A DNA stretch of 64,000 bases from Eledone cirrhosa (GCA_964016885.1 OZ024740.1:334862001-334926000), one strand, 5' to 3'. Numbered from the stretch's first letter, positions 44,801 through 61,095 are shown. Notes: generated by a model not told the origin, from the sequence alone. Numbers and translations are program-made.

Positions 44801-47098
44801 TATATATATCTACATATATCTACACACATATACATATATATATATATATATATGGGGGGGGGGGGGTCGTGTGTATTCATAGACAGGGGGAGAGAGAAAG
44901 AGAGATTGTGAGAGAAAATGGGAGAGAGGTAGAGTGATACGCTTTATAAAATTACGTAATAATTTATTGTGACTTGTTCTTTTCCGAATTCTAAATTGTA
45001 CGATTACAGTGCACCGCATCCACTGACCATGTATTCCTATCACAAATTACTGATTAACTATGTTAAAAGAATAGTTGTCCAAAAAGAAGTATTTTAAATC
45101 TGTATATGAAAACACAAGAATGGGCCACAAAATTCTGAACCACACACAAATGTAAAGGCATTGTTTATGTGGGGACCAACTATATAGATTTGATTAATGG
45201 AAACCTATAACCTTGTTCTACAACACTAACACATTTGTCGTAATTTCGCTTAACTTTAAGATTTTATCGTGACTGATATCGTTGATATATTCATACATAT
45301 ATGTATACATATAATTGATTGTAAATGCTGTACCTTTATTAAACAAACCACTACCTAATGCTTTCCTGCCACTATTATTAAAAGTGATGTATTAATTTTC
45401 AATGTAGAGTATGTTGTGTCAATAATGATTCAGAGTATATAGAAATATCAGAACATACTCACATACACATAGGCTATCCAGAGGATTAAGAAAAAACTCT
45501 CGTTCTCAAAGTAGATATATAACCATATCTCTCTTAGAGAGATGCGCTAGTTGTCACTTACTCACTCCCACAACCTCTCTTATTCTATCTCTAACCCCCT
45601 CCTATTATGTACTACTTTATATCTTTTTTATACTTATTTTTACTTATACGGCATGTGAAACTGCCTCTAACTTTCGAGCTCAAATCCAGATGATGCTTCC
45701 ACCACAATTTTTCTCTGCCTCATATATTCCCTGTACTAGAGAATTTGTCAAATCATTACTATTCTCCATTGGATCCTCTTGGAACTACGCTTTCTCCCTT
45801 ATAGACCAACATATAGTTGTCCAAATTGAAACGTTTGGCATGAGTGAAGATTTTCCTTCTCTATATTAAATAATTTGAAATATGCCAAATTGCGAGTTAA
45901 AGCGCTTGCTTTTGACACATATCTAAAATATTGCCAAGGTGTGATTGGGTAATCTATACTTCTTTTGTTATATATAATAATTCCCACGTGAATAGAACAG
46001 CCGAATATTTAGGCACACAATACTTATTTATATTAATACTGAATCATGAACCCTTTTGTGATTAATAAAGAAATCATATTAATACAGAATCAGTTTATTC
46101 CTGAAATATGTGACTTATTCAAAGTATGTTTGCTCAGGAGCCTCAATAGAAAACACCACCCACCAAGTTGCATTTTCAATTAAAAATATTTCGTTTACAA
46201 AAGTAGTCATTACAAATCAAGTTAATCCGGATAATCTCAGCGAAACTATGATTTATGGATTGCAGAAATTAAATTTCAATATAGGTAATGATTATGTCTC
46301 TAATACCGTTAACATATGTTACAATTTATTTCTTTTTTATTGTTTTTGGATTAACTAACAGTCAAATAATGTTGTGTGTAGACAACATATGCAGCAGCAT
46401 AATGTGTTAATAATCCGTAAAAACAAACGAAAATCTGGATTTATGTATTCAATGTGACTCGACAATATATATTCAAGAAAAGGTTATGAAATTTCACTGT
46501 GTATACTTAATTCCACAAGTTTTCACTTCAAAATATATATTTTTGTATCTAAATGATATATATTTGTTGATAAATTGTTTATGTCATACGTAGATTTTCA
46601 ATTATAAATTAAATATTGTTTCCTACAATTATTTATTTCACCAATGATAAAAGATGCTTTGGGCATATATGATATTTTTTTAAGTTTAAAATATAATTTT
46701 AATGACACCTGCCTTTAGATATTTAGTAAATAATTTTATTAAATTTAGTGACATATTTATGGTATGGAGCAAAGTAATTGTTTGCGAGTAGCAGGGAAGC
46801 TTCTTCGTGGATATGACATATATCGGTATGTTAAATTATACAAAAGCTGTGAAGAGAGATTAAATACGCAACATTAAAACAAACATATTGGTTGTGTGAT
46901 TGCAGCTGCTTTTGGTTTGCAAAGGAGGCTGCACGAAAAGGAGGAAAATCCTCACACTGCGATATAGGGGTGGATGAACTTTGATATTTACTCCTAACAT
47001 CAATACTACACGGAAGTAAAGGTGAAAAGGATACTGTCGGAAGGAGCTGAACTCCTCGTGACCGCCGGCCTACATATAATTTATTCATTTGTCTCTCT

Positions 47099-47177
<79 letters not shown>

Positions 47178-47236
47178 CTCTCTCTCTCTCCCTCGCTTTA
47201 CTATATATAATAATAATAATAAGGATTTAGATTGAT

Positions 47237-47276
<40 letters not shown>

Positions 47277-47280
<4 letters not shown>

Positions 47281-47327
47281 TCAGAAGATCCCGTTAAGAA
47301 TGAAAGCAGCGATTATTTGCTTAAACT
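47277..47327 (+). ncRNA. Variant hammerhead-like motif with CAGAAGA core (homologues at 44505-44555 and 59446-59496)
   Basis: AGTTT CAGAAGA T-CCC gttaa (GGG)-T GAAA GCA..TGC TT AAACT. Stems I and III pair. Each of the three copies carries a different lesion: stem II here, CAGTAGA at 44510, GAAC at 59471. Confidence 0.55.
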
Positions 47328-47347
47328 TTAATCTATTCTTATAATAA

Positions 47348-47389
<42 letters not shown>

Positions 47390-48099
47390 GAGCGGGAGAC
47401 TCATAGTCCCCATTAAAGTATCTCTGTAGGAGAAGGTCAATTTGGTATAAAACCTGCGACTATTTTTGCATTCAATGATGTATACCAGTTCTACATTTGG
47501 GGTAAATGAATTGAATGATCAGAGAGTGGGATTGGCCCTGTCAAAGCTTTTCCTCACTGGAAAATGTTTCAAGCAAAGGCATCGCTTGATATGTGAAATT
47601 GTTTGCGATGCATGGCATAACTGCTCATAGGCAAGACTCCAACAGGATCAAAACGTAACGTCATGATTAAGTATCAAGCTATGGCATTACGTGAAATCGA
47701 GTTGCAATATCATCATATATATAGGGTGTTCATCCTTGGAGGTTACGTTGTAACGATGCGAGGATAAACCGGTTTAAGAAATCCCAGAGAATATAACCCC
47801 AGTAATGTATCCTCAGAGAAATGTTGGTGATTAGATATGACAGAGTATCCACTTACGGAGATACTGCTACGAAAATTGTTATTCAAACAATTAACTAAAA
47901 GAGACTCTATCCTTCTTATACATATATATACGTACATAATTACCTGCACTCATACACACACAAATACACACACTCATATATGTATATGATATATATACTA
48001 CTATAGTCATCATTATTCGACCAGATTTAAAGATTCCTGTCAAAGTCCCTCCGCAATTCACGATTTTTCATCGGACTTAGCTCCTTACTGTGGATTCTA

Positions 48100-48850
48100 T
48101 TGTCTGAGAGTTGATCGATTAATGTTAGGCCAGGTGATCATGCTAATCGCAACCGTCCTTCAGCAATTATAGTTTCCATGGACAATATTTACCATGGACA
48201 TGTTTACGTATGAATTTTCATCTGAAATATGTTGACGTCAATTTAGGTTTTATACAACCCTAAGTATTTTAGTGTAAGCACCATCTGGTTTTTTCTCAAG
48301 TTGTGTGTGAGCATCCATGTATTTGATCAATGCAACAACACTGCTTCAACAGATGTTATGAAGAATATTTTCATTTTCCTGAGTAGGTCTGATGTCCGTA
48401 CCGTTTTCAATTTGCTCATTGCAGCCCAAACGTAAATACTGTTTTTGATAAACTCATCGAGCTACCCAAATAATCGTCAACTCGATTTACTATTACGCCA
48501 TCAAGTGTGACAGATTCCCAACATCTTGATTTACTGACATGTGCTCTGTCTTGGTATCATTTATGTGAGAGCCCTTTTCCTGGCAGAGAATTCGACTCTA
48601 TGCAGATGTTCTTGAGCTCCGCTATTTGTAATATATTTATCATACAGCGTTTGCTGATAGCAAACTCTGAATTATATATAACTCTGGATGGGTTTGATTC
48701 TTCCTTGATTCTGTCAATGTAAAGCAGAGATCTTGTTCATTAAAAATGGCTTCCCTTGTGGCATAATCCAGAAGAATTATAAAAATATATGAAAGACATC
48801 GCTAAGATTTTAAAAAGCTGTGTAATACCATTATGTGAGAGAACGAACAG
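48100..48850 (-). mobile_element. RTE/RTE-X-like LINE RT fragment
   Basis: AQEHLHRVE, YLGS and WAAMSKLKTV.TSDL.RKMKI.F...VEAVLL...TW.LT..LEKK.DGAYTKILRVV. Confidence 0.75.
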
Positions 48851-49629
48851 ACTTGTTTATGTAGAGTTCATTTATAGCAAAGCCTATGGTATCGGCTATG
48901 TCATATGCAAATAGGTTTGACATAAAAAAACCTTTTTGATATCAAGAAAAGTTAATACCCTTTCAAGTTCTTTGATCTTCTGCATTCTAATTGCCTCCAC
49001 AGTGACAATATTTGTGAAACCGTCGATCTATTTTGTCTCAAACTATTTGGATTTATTCTGAGGTTCAGTTTTAGGTGTGGTCGCATTCAATATCGTAGAA
49101 TCTTTTCTGGTTATATTTCTTCTGTTTCTAATATCAAAACTTTCTTCAATATCAGAAAATATCAGTCTTTAAGAAATAAACGTTTTCTAAAAAGAATTTG
49201 CTAAGAAATATTGTGTATGCATCAGAAGTACGTTCTCAATTGTTAAAAAAATAATAATTGTAAATTCTACTTTTGCGGAATAACAGAATATGTAAAAAAA
49301 TGTACTCTGCATGTTTCTCATATATATGTGTAACTATATTATTTGTTCTCTGCAGTTGTATGTCGTTTCACAGTTTAAAATGACACAGCATATCATTTAA
49401 AGTATATTATGTCTTAAAAATACAAATCAATTGCACATGCAAAATTTTCACAAAATAGTTATCTGCTTGAAAATCACTAATTAACATAGTATGAAAAAAT
49501 CTAAATGAAATTTGCACGTAGAATGCAACCTCCCTTAAATAGTTTCGACTAAACGATATATTTATAGCATCACAATCTTTATCGGGCTGTATTTTATCAC
49601 ATAGGCACCTATTTAGCATACTACATTCT

Positions 49630-49844
49630 ATTATTATGCTAATCAAGGTGGTGGATTGGCAGTATCGGTAGAGGGTCGGACGCCATGCTTTCCAGCATAG
49701 TTACGTCCCTTTACGATCTGAGTTCAAATCCCGCCGAGGTTGACTTTGCCTTTCATCTTAAGGAGTCGAGAAAATAAAGTACCAGTAATACACTGGGTAT
49801 TTGCTGGCCTTGTGCCTAAAGTAGAAACAATTATTATGCTAATC
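49630..49844 (+). mobile_element. Full-length SINE family A with 15-bp TSD
   Basis: ATTATTATGCTAATC at 49630-49644 and 49830-49844. Confidence 0.92.
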
Positions 49845-50252
49845 TTGCGTTGATATTAGCGTTTGAACAAATATTCTGAAATGAGATATATATATTTAAA
49901 GTTGTTCTAAAATGCTTGTACATATATTACCCATAAGCAAAATCCGTATAAAAGAAATATTATTATCAAATGAACATTTTCAGCAACATATATTTAAACG
50001 AACATCTTTTGATATATTGTTTCAATAAGCAGAAATACTAGAATATAAGATATTATTTTCTATCGCGAATGTATGTTTTATTTAATGTTTAGCGTATTTG
50101 GATAAGTCTATATTTAAGGATAAATATTACAGAAAAATGAAATACGAGGGGTAGAATTGCTGATGTTAAGTATGCAATCAAAGTGCCAATGGAAATTTAT
50201 TTATTACATTTTGAATTAAAGATAATTGAAAATATTATTTATTGAGTAAAAT

Positions 50253-50420
50253 GGGCGGTGAATTGGCAAAATTGTTAGAACATCGAAAAACACGCTTTAC
50301 GCCATTCTAAATTCCGAGTCAACGTTGCCTTTTTTCCTGTTACGGTCGATAAATTAAGTATAAGTTAGGTACTGGCGTCGATGGAGTCGACTTTCCCTTC
50401 CCCTTCAAAAATGAATTGCT
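50253..50420 (+). mobile_element. Degenerate SINE family A (similar relics at 52070-52240 + and 54390-54560 -)
   Basis: GGCGGTGAATTGGCAAAATTGTTAGA head and GGTCGATAAATTAAGTA core. Confidence 0.65.
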
Positions 50421-50439
50421 TACTTTTTGCTAATCTTAG

Positions 50440-51130
50440 ACGGAATCGGTTGGCATGGATGTACGCAGCAATGGAATGAGAAGGGAACTCTCAGATTAAT
50501 GGCAGTCTGTGATGCAGCTGAAGCTGCGATACAGACTGGAACATCTCGCTCATAACACTCGCAGGTATTATGTTGGAGTATATGACTGTTTGGTGGGGAA
50601 TGCGAATGTTTTAAAAACCTGCTCATGTACTTCCAACTGTCTGACAAGTTTTGTCTGGATTTCCGAAATGCAATAATGTCAACCTGTATCATCCATGTCG
50701 TACTTCCATTATTTTCATCTGAGTTCAAATCCCGCCGAGGTTACCTTTGACTTTCATCCTTACGGGGTCTATAAAATAAAGTACCAGTAATGCACTGGGT
50801 AATTTGCTGGCCTTGTGCCAAAAGTAGAAACAATTATTTTCATCAGAGTGTACATGTAGTTGGACAGACCTATGTGATCCATGTTAGATCTATCCATTAC
50901 AATCTTCCCCTGAGGTGATCATCCTATATTGGGTCAGAAGTATATTTTAGTTTGTCGGGGCCCAGGATAATCATTGACACTCTTCCGACAGGGTTGACTA
51001 TCTTTACCTGGTGTGGGTTGCATTAAGTACAATTGATTTCCGCCCTGCTTTCCAAAGTCTGATCACGTATGTCCCCTCTCGCCTCTCCTGTTTGTGTATA
51101 GTTTAGAATTTTTGCTTCAGAGAACGGATA
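50440..51130 (-). mobile_element. Possible LINE 5' end / APE endonuclease remnant interrupted by a SINE
   Basis: HIGLSN..TLM followed by VDIIAF..SR resembles the APE N-terminus IG.WNVRTL...DI.ALSE.R; very degenerate. Confidence 0.35.
50708..50844 (+). mobile_element. SINE family A, 5'-truncated, with approximate TSD
   Basis: B box, core and tail; ATTATTTT(T)CATC on both sides. Confidence 0.85.
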
Positions 51131-51905
51131 TCATAAAAGGAAAATCTGCTTGAATGAAGCCGCAGGAAAGCTGTGTCAGCGTTCAGGATACATGAGCAGT
51201 CACTACCATACTGAGAGAATATTAGCAGGTTACTACAACTTGCTTTAACCGGTATAATTCAGTGCGTGTGTAGCTGAAAGAAGAAGCAAGCCTATGCAAT
51301 CGAATGTCTATTTCCTCCGATGAGCTGACTGCAAAGAGTTAACAAATAGTGTACACAATCTAACTTTAAAAGTAGCAGAATGAAGGCTGCCTATCAATAG
51401 TTGGTGAGAATTGGCTAATCCCAACATCGCGTCGGTAGTATGAGCCTAAGATACCTGACTACACTGGAAAATAAGCTAGAAGATAGTTAGTGGAAGGGCT
51501 AAATACCACAAATGAGACAATCTATGACCTACCAATATCCACTACATTTTGGCCTTGGTATGTCATCGCAAATGATGTGGATCCTTATGTTGCTGCTTAT
51601 GTGCGTGAGGAATTTGCTTCAGTACTGCCACGACGAATAAAACAAATGTTAAGCTCAATTGGATGTTGATGATTTCATGCGGCACAATATTCCGCAGCTC
51701 GTCTCAATGTTGAAAGTTAAATGGAGGTATTACATCGGTAACTATTGCTGACGTTACAGGAATTATCAAATTAAGGAAAAAAAGAATTGATAGTTGTTAC
51801 CAGATGTGATTAAAGTAAAATAAAAAAGGAATTGTTGACTTATATCTGGTTGGGAAGTAGGGAAAAGCAGGAATAATTATAAAAATCTTCTATACATATG
51901 GATAT

Positions 51906-52003
51906 CTTCTTCTTCTTCTTCTTCTTCTTCTTCTTCTTCTTCTTCTTCTTCTTCTTCTTCTTCTTCTTCTTCTTCTTCTTCTTCTTCTTCTTCTTCTTCT
52001 TCT
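51906..52003. repeat. (CTT)n microsatellite
   Basis: Direct inspection. Confidence 0.95.
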
Positions 52004-52319
52004 TTCTTTCGTCTTCGCTGTGTAGTTAATTTCTTTCCTGCACTTAGTATGTTATTATTTTCTCAGTTAAGGGCGGTGAATTGGGAGAATGGTGAACAAC
52101 GCGTCTGTCAAATTCCATCCGACTCTATAAGCTCCGCGTTCAAATCTCACCGCGACATATATGACTTCTTATCATTCCGGGGTCGATAATATGAAGAACC
52201 ATTCAAACACTAGTATTGACCCTAAATTAGAAACCTATATCTTACCAGATAAATTCTTATAATTATCAATTATTTCTGTTGTAATTCATCTGAAACATAA
52301 CCAGAATTATCAATACAGA

Positions 52320-53135
52320 CTGTCTTGCGATATTGTCAAAACAAAGGAATTGGCCTTGTATAATGTATAATTATCAACACGAAAAGGAGAAAATCCCATG
52401 ATACGGGTATCGAATCATGCTGAAGATCATATATATATCTTACAAGCCTAGAGATTGTTTGGATATTGATTGAACCAATGAATGACAAAGTGAAAGAATT
52501 ATTTTGCCAAAAATTCTTGAGTTCAACTTATTTGCAAGAAACCTGATTCTTGCTGTAAACACGTGAACTCTATATGTGATGTTACACAGTGATGGGATCT
52601 TCAAATGGATTAAGACAGGTATTGATGAGTTGGACAGCAATGTAAGAAAGATGATAATCAATCATAGGCATTATTTTATCCAAATGAGTGTAAATCAGGA
52701 CATTAATTATCACCTTGTAAATACTAAACGCGTTGACGAACAACAAACGTTGTCTGCGAGAAAAGGAGAAACACTAGATGGGGATGCATTGCAACGACTG
52801 TTTAATTAGCAAATGTCTGAGTTAAATACAGATAGGACTTGGAAATGTCTTTCGCTGCCATGATCTACAAAAACAGACTGATGGACAGATGACCTGTCTG
52901 AAAAGAAAATAATTGACAACTACTCATAGTTGAGTGCCTAAATCGCTTGGGGTTTGGATAAAAAAAAAAACGAAAACAATACCAATAGTGATGGGAACAT
53001 TAAATTCTCTCACCCAAAATATAGATGGTTATTTCAAGGAAATTGGTATTTCACCAAATATAACAACTATGCTAAAATCTATTTACTTGGGACCCACGAA
53101 TATATTGGTTAAATGTTTTAGAATTGATTGGAAAA
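52320..53135 (+). mobile_element. R4/Dong-like non-LTR retrotransposon remnant (restriction-like endonuclease type)
   Basis: GIFKWIKTGIDELDSNVRKMI and W.KKKTKTIPIVMGTLNSL......KEIGISPNITTMLKSIYLGPTNIL resemble the R4-clade C-terminus; a short CAA/TAA run follows. Confidence 0.65.
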
Positions 53136-53669
53136 TTATATATAATACCTAGTTTACGAACTATGCAAAAATGGATTAAAACCACCAACAACAACAGTAA
53201 TAATAACAATGTTACCTCAGTTCTTCAGGGTACGTATTCGATTATTACGATATAAATTAATTCGTTCCGGGAAATTTGATTCTGAATATTTTTCTTGCAA
53301 GCCCATATCAATAGCAAAATGAGCTATTTACCATGGTATATTAGTTCACTATGATAGAAAATATATAAAGGGTTGCTAATATTTCTGTAAAATAATAACG
53401 TCGCATTCATATATTAGTGAAAACATAATATTTCTAGGACGAAAACAATCACCATGAATGAAATAAAACCAAACTATTTACGGTTTAAATTTAAGAAGTC
53501 ACCTGAATGGTGTACTTTCCATTTGAATAACATACAAAATATGCATTAAAGCAATTACTTTTTATCCATGATAGATATATACAGGTTAAAAAAAACAACA
53601 TAAATACTCCAATCAGTAAATATTGTGTAAATTTCGAGTATGGTAGGCAGTTTGTTTGCTTTAAACGTA

Positions 53670-53892
53670 CCTCATTCTTTCTAATTAATTGTTTCTACTT
53701 TAGGCACAAGGCCAACAATTACCCAGTGCATTACTGGTACTTTATTTTATCGACCCCGTAAGGATGAAAGGCAAAATCAACCTCGGCGGGATTTGAACTC
53801 AGATCGTAAAGGGACATAACTATGCTGGAAAGCATGGCGTCCGTTCCTCCACCGATACTGCCAATCCACCGCCCTCATTCTTTCTAATTAAT
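53670..53892 (-). mobile_element. Full-length SINE family A with 20-bp TSD
   Basis: CCTCATTCTTTCTAATTAAT at 53670-53689 and 53873-53892. Confidence 0.92.
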
Positions 53893-54774
53893 GAAAGAAA
53901 TAAAGTTATTTAAGTTTTTGTTTCTAAAACAATATATAATGAAGTTAAGACTAATTATGATTTCTTAACAATTATAATTCATAAATGAATTACCATTATA
54001 ATGATATGCAACTTTAAAATGTATTCAACAATTGGCATTATCTTTGCAGTAGTAACAAACACAATGATGTCTAACTTTAGCCAAAGTAAATAAATATCTA
54101 ATGGAAGGAAGTGATAAATTGAATAGAAGATAAAATCACAGTCAGTAAAGCTAGTAATTTTAACATAGCAATCCAATCGACAATAAGAGTGGATTTGAGA
54201 CAAAATATTAAATGGATGAAACTAAACTCTACGAGTCATTTTAATCCGGAATTCTGTCCCTTCTGTTAGCAACGACTTTTAATATAACCAACAATAATAA
54301 TATATTGATTTGCTACGAGGACAAGGAAATACATTATTAAGATAATAATATCATTATGATTTAGAACATAGACTCAAAGGATCAATAATTGAGGAAAGGG
54401 ATATAGCCAATTACAATAGCGTCATTCCTTGAATATTATCGTGTTTTTGACCCAAGAAGAACAGAAAGCAACATACACCAGGCCAAGATTTGAGCTCAGA
54501 TGATAAAAGGACGTTAACTATTATAAAGCGTCCTGTCAAGTATTCTACCGATTTTTCCAAATGATAATGATAAATCTAAGCAACATTCCTAAACAGACCT
54601 CTTTACATGATCAATTGCTTGAAACTTTGTTTAGAAAAATAAGAAGAGAAAATACCAACCAGAAGCAAATTAGCGATTCCAGAATTTTCTTGCATCCGGC
54701 CATTCACAACTGCCATACAATTCTCTGCTGCAACTTACCTTTAACTTTTCAGTTGCCACTGGAAGTTCCGTAGA

Positions 54775-54857
54775 TATTATATTTCGTAGTATATACACAC
54801 ACATGTGTATGTATATGGTTATGTATACATGCATATATATGCACATACATACATAAA

Positions 54858-54930
<73 letters not shown>

Positions 54931-54975
54931 TTATATATATATATATGTATATATATTATATATATATATTATATA

Positions 54976-55049
<74 letters not shown>

Positions 55050-55111
55050 CATATATAAATACATACATATATAGATACATATATTTATATATAGATAGGT
55101 ATATATATATG

Positions 55112-55143
<32 letters not shown>

Positions 55144-55159
55144 GCTAGATATATAGATA

Positions 55160-55234
<75 letters not shown>

Positions 55235-55248
55235 ATATATATATATAG

Positions 55249-55304
<56 letters not shown>
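54775..55304. repeat. Long degenerate (TA)n field, representative of dozens of TA/CA/GA tracts in the window
   Basis: Direct inspection. Confidence 0.95.
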
Positions 55305-55307
<3 letters not shown>

Positions 55308-55730
55308 CTTAGAGCAATTTTGACAGAGCGACTTAAGCCTATGTAAACGCATACATTCACAGAAATTGACTCATATCAACGATAATATTGCTACACATAC
55401 AAACGTACATGCAAGCATATATATGTACACACGTACATATAAGTATATTTTATACACATACGTACACAACACATTCATACAAACATGCACACACATACAC
55501 ATACGCACAGAATTACTGAAATAGCCACGTTGAGCAAGACAATAAATAACTAATGTACCAAACAAGACATCCATTACGGTTCTCGCCAAAATTCATTAGT
55601 GACGTCATAGATAACCTTCCAAATAAGACTACATTATGACGTGTGTGCACTCGACCTTAAAATACAGGGTACGGCGGATGGGTAGGGTGGGATCAAATGT
55701 TAATGGGCACTTTTAAATTATATATACATA

Positions 55731-55824
<94 letters not shown>

Positions 55825-55985
55825 GTTAATCTACATGTGAGGTTGCACCTTCTCAGTTATAAAAATTAATATTTTAATAAGTTATTGACATTTGAAACAT
55901 TAGATTAATTGCAGTTATATCACTTTTTATTTATAGAAATCATTAAAAATAAAAACAAGGGGAAATTAAAACAATGTCTACAACG

Positions 55986-56024
55986 AATAATAATAAAAAT
56001 GATAATACTAATAATAATAATAAT

Positions 56025-56073
<49 letters not shown>

Positions 56074-56078
56074 TGAAT

Positions 56079-56135
<57 letters not shown>

Positions 56136-56143
56136 TATAATAA
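55986..56143. repeat. (AAT)n microsatellite
   Basis: Direct inspection. Confidence 0.95.
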
Positions 56144-56569
56144 CTCTAAATTGAATGGTTAATAAACAGAAACAGGAAAATAAAAAATGCCCCTGGTTTT
56201 TTGGTTTTTTTTGGTTATCTAGAGAGTGACTAATGACAGTTGATGAGAATAGCCATTTTGTATAAACAATCTAGAATGTTTGGAAAAGAGGCAAGAATAC
56301 ACGAAACACTTGTATTGTGAAGAACCTTTTTTATTATTTCAGGAAAACGTGAATACAAATTGATATGATTTCATTTGGATTTGATGTATATATATGTATA
56401 TAGGTATATGCATTGATATATATACATGTAGGTAATTAGACATAGTTGTGTAAGTTTATACATACATGTATAACTTAAAACTAGGATTATATTTTATAGT
56501 TCTATATACATGTATATATGTTTGCGTCTGTTCACACATGTATATATTGGAAACATATACATGTATATT

Positions 56570-56624
<55 letters not shown>

Positions 56625-56852
56625 ATGTGTGTGTGTGTGTGTCTGTATGTGTGTGTATGTATCCATATATGTATATATAGATATGTATATATACAATTTT
56701 GTTAGAAGACTCTCATAACTGAATGTTAGTAAACATGGTTATTTCTTCATAAACATTTGCAGAAACACCGATGGGTAAGGTTTGCTGATGTCAACCTCAT
56801 GAGACATTTTGGTATGAAAAATAAACCAGCCAACCAACACACATAGGTGTAT

Positions 56853-56957
<105 letters not shown>

Positions 56958-57769
56958 TATTATTTTTTATTTACTTATACATATATATGTGTGTGTGCGA
57001 GTGTGTGTCTCTGTGTGTTTATAGGTAATATTATTCATATTTTTTAAATAGGTACGCTATATCCTTATGATATCAAAATAATATTGTTTTTTATTTCTTT
57101 AGGTCTATTATTTGGGAATTTTGAACCATATTGAAAATTATACCACTCTTAAAAACTACGTACAATTTGTCTCATCTCGCATCTATAAATTGAACAGTGA
57201 CACTCTCCAAAATTCTCCAAAATTATTCGAACTGAATTCTCCAAAATTATTCGATGTAATTGTGATTGTTCACTGAAACAACCTACTGTATTTTTACCAA
57301 TATAATCTTAAACATGAATCCCGGGTAATTTTCTAATATCTTATAGTGTACATGTAATGAGATTTAAACAATTTTATTCTGTATAATATCTGCATATAAC
57401 TTCTGAAAGTGTGTCAACAATTTTATTACGTATATATGGTTCTCTAACAAAGAATGGAAGTTCTAGAGAAGGAGCAACGCACAGAAAATGAGGGTGAATA
57501 GGAAAAAGATAGGCAAAGAAACAGACAGAAGGGGAGAAGGAGGCTGGTCGTGTTGGATATTTAACAATAAATTACCTTATATATACAAATATATATATAT
57601 ATAGAGAGAGAGAGAGTGAAGAAGATATATGAATATACATAATAGAAATTCATATCCTATGCGAAGATTTACCTTTTAGCAGGGGGCTAAGGATTTTGCA
57701 TGATAGAGAAGTATTTACTAATAAATGTATAAAACGAACAGTTTAGTATTAATTAGCATATACCGGATA

Positions 57770-57839
<70 letters not shown>

Positions 57840-57897
57840 GTGTGTGTGTGTGGGGGTGGGGGGGGGTATGATGTATGTATGCATGTATGTATGTGTG

Positions 57898-57950
<53 letters not shown>

Positions 57951-59134
57951 ACGCATGACCTGGCCCTGTGATGTTGCAGATAGAGGGGAAAAAAGAGCGA
58001 GTTCAAGAGCGGGTGGTACAGAGCTGTATACAATCCTGAATCAACCACATGGTAGCATATTTATACTATAATATATAACTTATTTAAATATTCGCCAATA
58101 AACGTAGCAATACCTTCTATCATTTTGGATCATTTGAGTATATTTCGAACATTCACTTAATCCCTTAATATCCTTATTCGGGTAACTGTAGGTTATATAT
58201 TCCCGGTTATATTTCTTATATTCTGTACAAACCGTGTGGGAGGCTAACTATGAACTTTTATCAGGAGAGTATATGGTCGTATAAATGATAGAAACGTTTA
58301 AGTGGCTAAAAAAAAAAACAAAAAAAAAAACATATGAAGTCGACGAAATCTGGATACTACCCGCAGCATGTGCGTTCAGGTTCATAAATATTATAAAATT
58401 GAAATGTTTGTCCATAATTATATATATATATGAATTTCCTTCAAACAAAAAAGAATATTTTACTTAATTATTTGATGCATTGATGACTATCTGTACAGTC
58501 AATTTAAATATTTGTTTATTTATTGCATGGTTACATATATGCAATTACATATACACTATATATATACATATAATGATATGTATTTGTTCATTTCAATTCT
58601 TTCTTAACAATATATATCGGCCATTAATGACATCAACAATATTTACATGAAAGCAATAAAAATATATAGTTATAAAACATGTTTCGAGTGCAAAATAAAC
58701 GTGATTGCGATGATTCATTCCATATTTTTTTCATATTGGAGAAACACAGAACAACGTATGTAATAAAATAACGTGACAATTTCAAATGATCAAATGTTTA
58801 GGACATAAGAGGAAAATGGATGGATATTTAACATAACTTTACTGACGAAAATTTTAAATAATTTTTACCCAGATTAAAAATGATTAATATATATTTTGTT
58901 CAGGGGTGTGGTGCACACACGCTAGATATTACCGTTAAAGAATTAATTTTCACACATATGGAACTTAATTGCTTTCTATAAATGTTAAGCACCATGATTG
59001 TACATTTGTCGAACTGTATACTACTGCGTAAATATATTCAATGTGCAAATTCTTCTTAGTATGTTGAAATTGCATAAGCACGTCAAAAGGGTATATTGAT
59101 AGGAAGTTTGAAAATCTATATTCAATTAAACGCC

Positions 59135-59682
<548 letters not shown>

Positions 59683-60040
59683 GTGTGTGCGTGTGTGTTT
59701 AATTAAATATATGTTATATGGCATTTGATATATATTTGCGAACTGAAGAAAAGGAGTAAATTCTAGTATGCCGAATCATATAACAAAAAATGTAGCTATG
59801 TAAAAAGCACAATTGTCACTGCGTATCCGATTTCGTTGTTCTAGATAAATCATATACGCCAAATAATATAAGACGAAGTATACTTCAATTCAATAAACAT
59901 ATACATACATGCACATAAAAAGAGGCACACGCACACACATCCATGCCCCATCCAACACATACATACAAAATCTCACACAAACACACACACATATATGTAG
60001 ATGTATGTATATACTCATATATATATGCATATATATATGA

Positions 60041-60110
<70 letters not shown>

Positions 60111-60412
60111 TAGTGCAGTTAAGCATTTTCCAGCGTAACGAACTCTATATAGACTTACAGGAATCGATACCAGCGATTCTGTAGAGAAATAATTAATCTG
60201 ATTCGATCATAGCTTTTTTAATCTGCTTACTGTTATATTATTTTTGGTGGTTTTTTCTGATAGTTTACAAGGTTGTAGACGTGTTGGTGGACGTCATATT
60301 ATAGATAGCTGTGATGGTGGTGTGTGTTTTTTCTATTTTTGGCATTGAAAATCTACGAACAAAGAGGTTCTCTCTACGTCCAATTTGTCATTCACTCGGG
60401 CATTAACGATAT

Positions 60413-60413
60413 T

Positions 60414-60491
<78 letters not shown>
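60413..60491. repeat. (GTA)n microsatellite
   Basis: Direct inspection. Confidence 0.95.
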
Positions 60492-61013
60492 CAAATGGAG
60501 GGCTTTTTTGAAGACTGCATCACTGATTTGTGTGAAGTTAGGTAATATTTATACTACACAGGGCTATAGTTCTAGTTACTGCTGAAAATAGATTCAATAG
60601 CCTATGAGCTCCAGAATATTACTCAAAGTATTTTCAATGTCTCTACGAATTTGTCATCTCTAGGTGATAATCACAGGCTTGTCATCTCTAGGTAATAATC
60701 ACAGGCTTAGTTGAATAGTTAAAACGTTCGATGCTCACGCATCTTCAAGGATTCAAATCGACTGAGAGACCTCTTGGGAATGTGACTAAACAAGCCCTCG
60801 GAGAGATTGAAACAATGTGTCATCTTTTCATTCATTTTCCTCGGTCAATGCAATCCTAGGATTATAATAAAAGTACATATTTTCATCTCTTCGGTCGCTT
60901 ACACAACTCAAAATGGGCTAGTAAGCTGTCCAAGCAATTTAAATGATAGAGATATTATACTTTGTATAACTATGTCACTCTTTACACTATATGTATACAT
61001 ACATATATGTATA

Positions 61014-61095
<82 letters not shown>

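Noticed and set aside
60651-60708. 28-bp direct repeat (similar short duplications at 23845-23901, 57205-57253 and 7921-8068)
   Set aside because: Two-copy local duplications without unique spacer arrays; not CRISPR and unremarkable.
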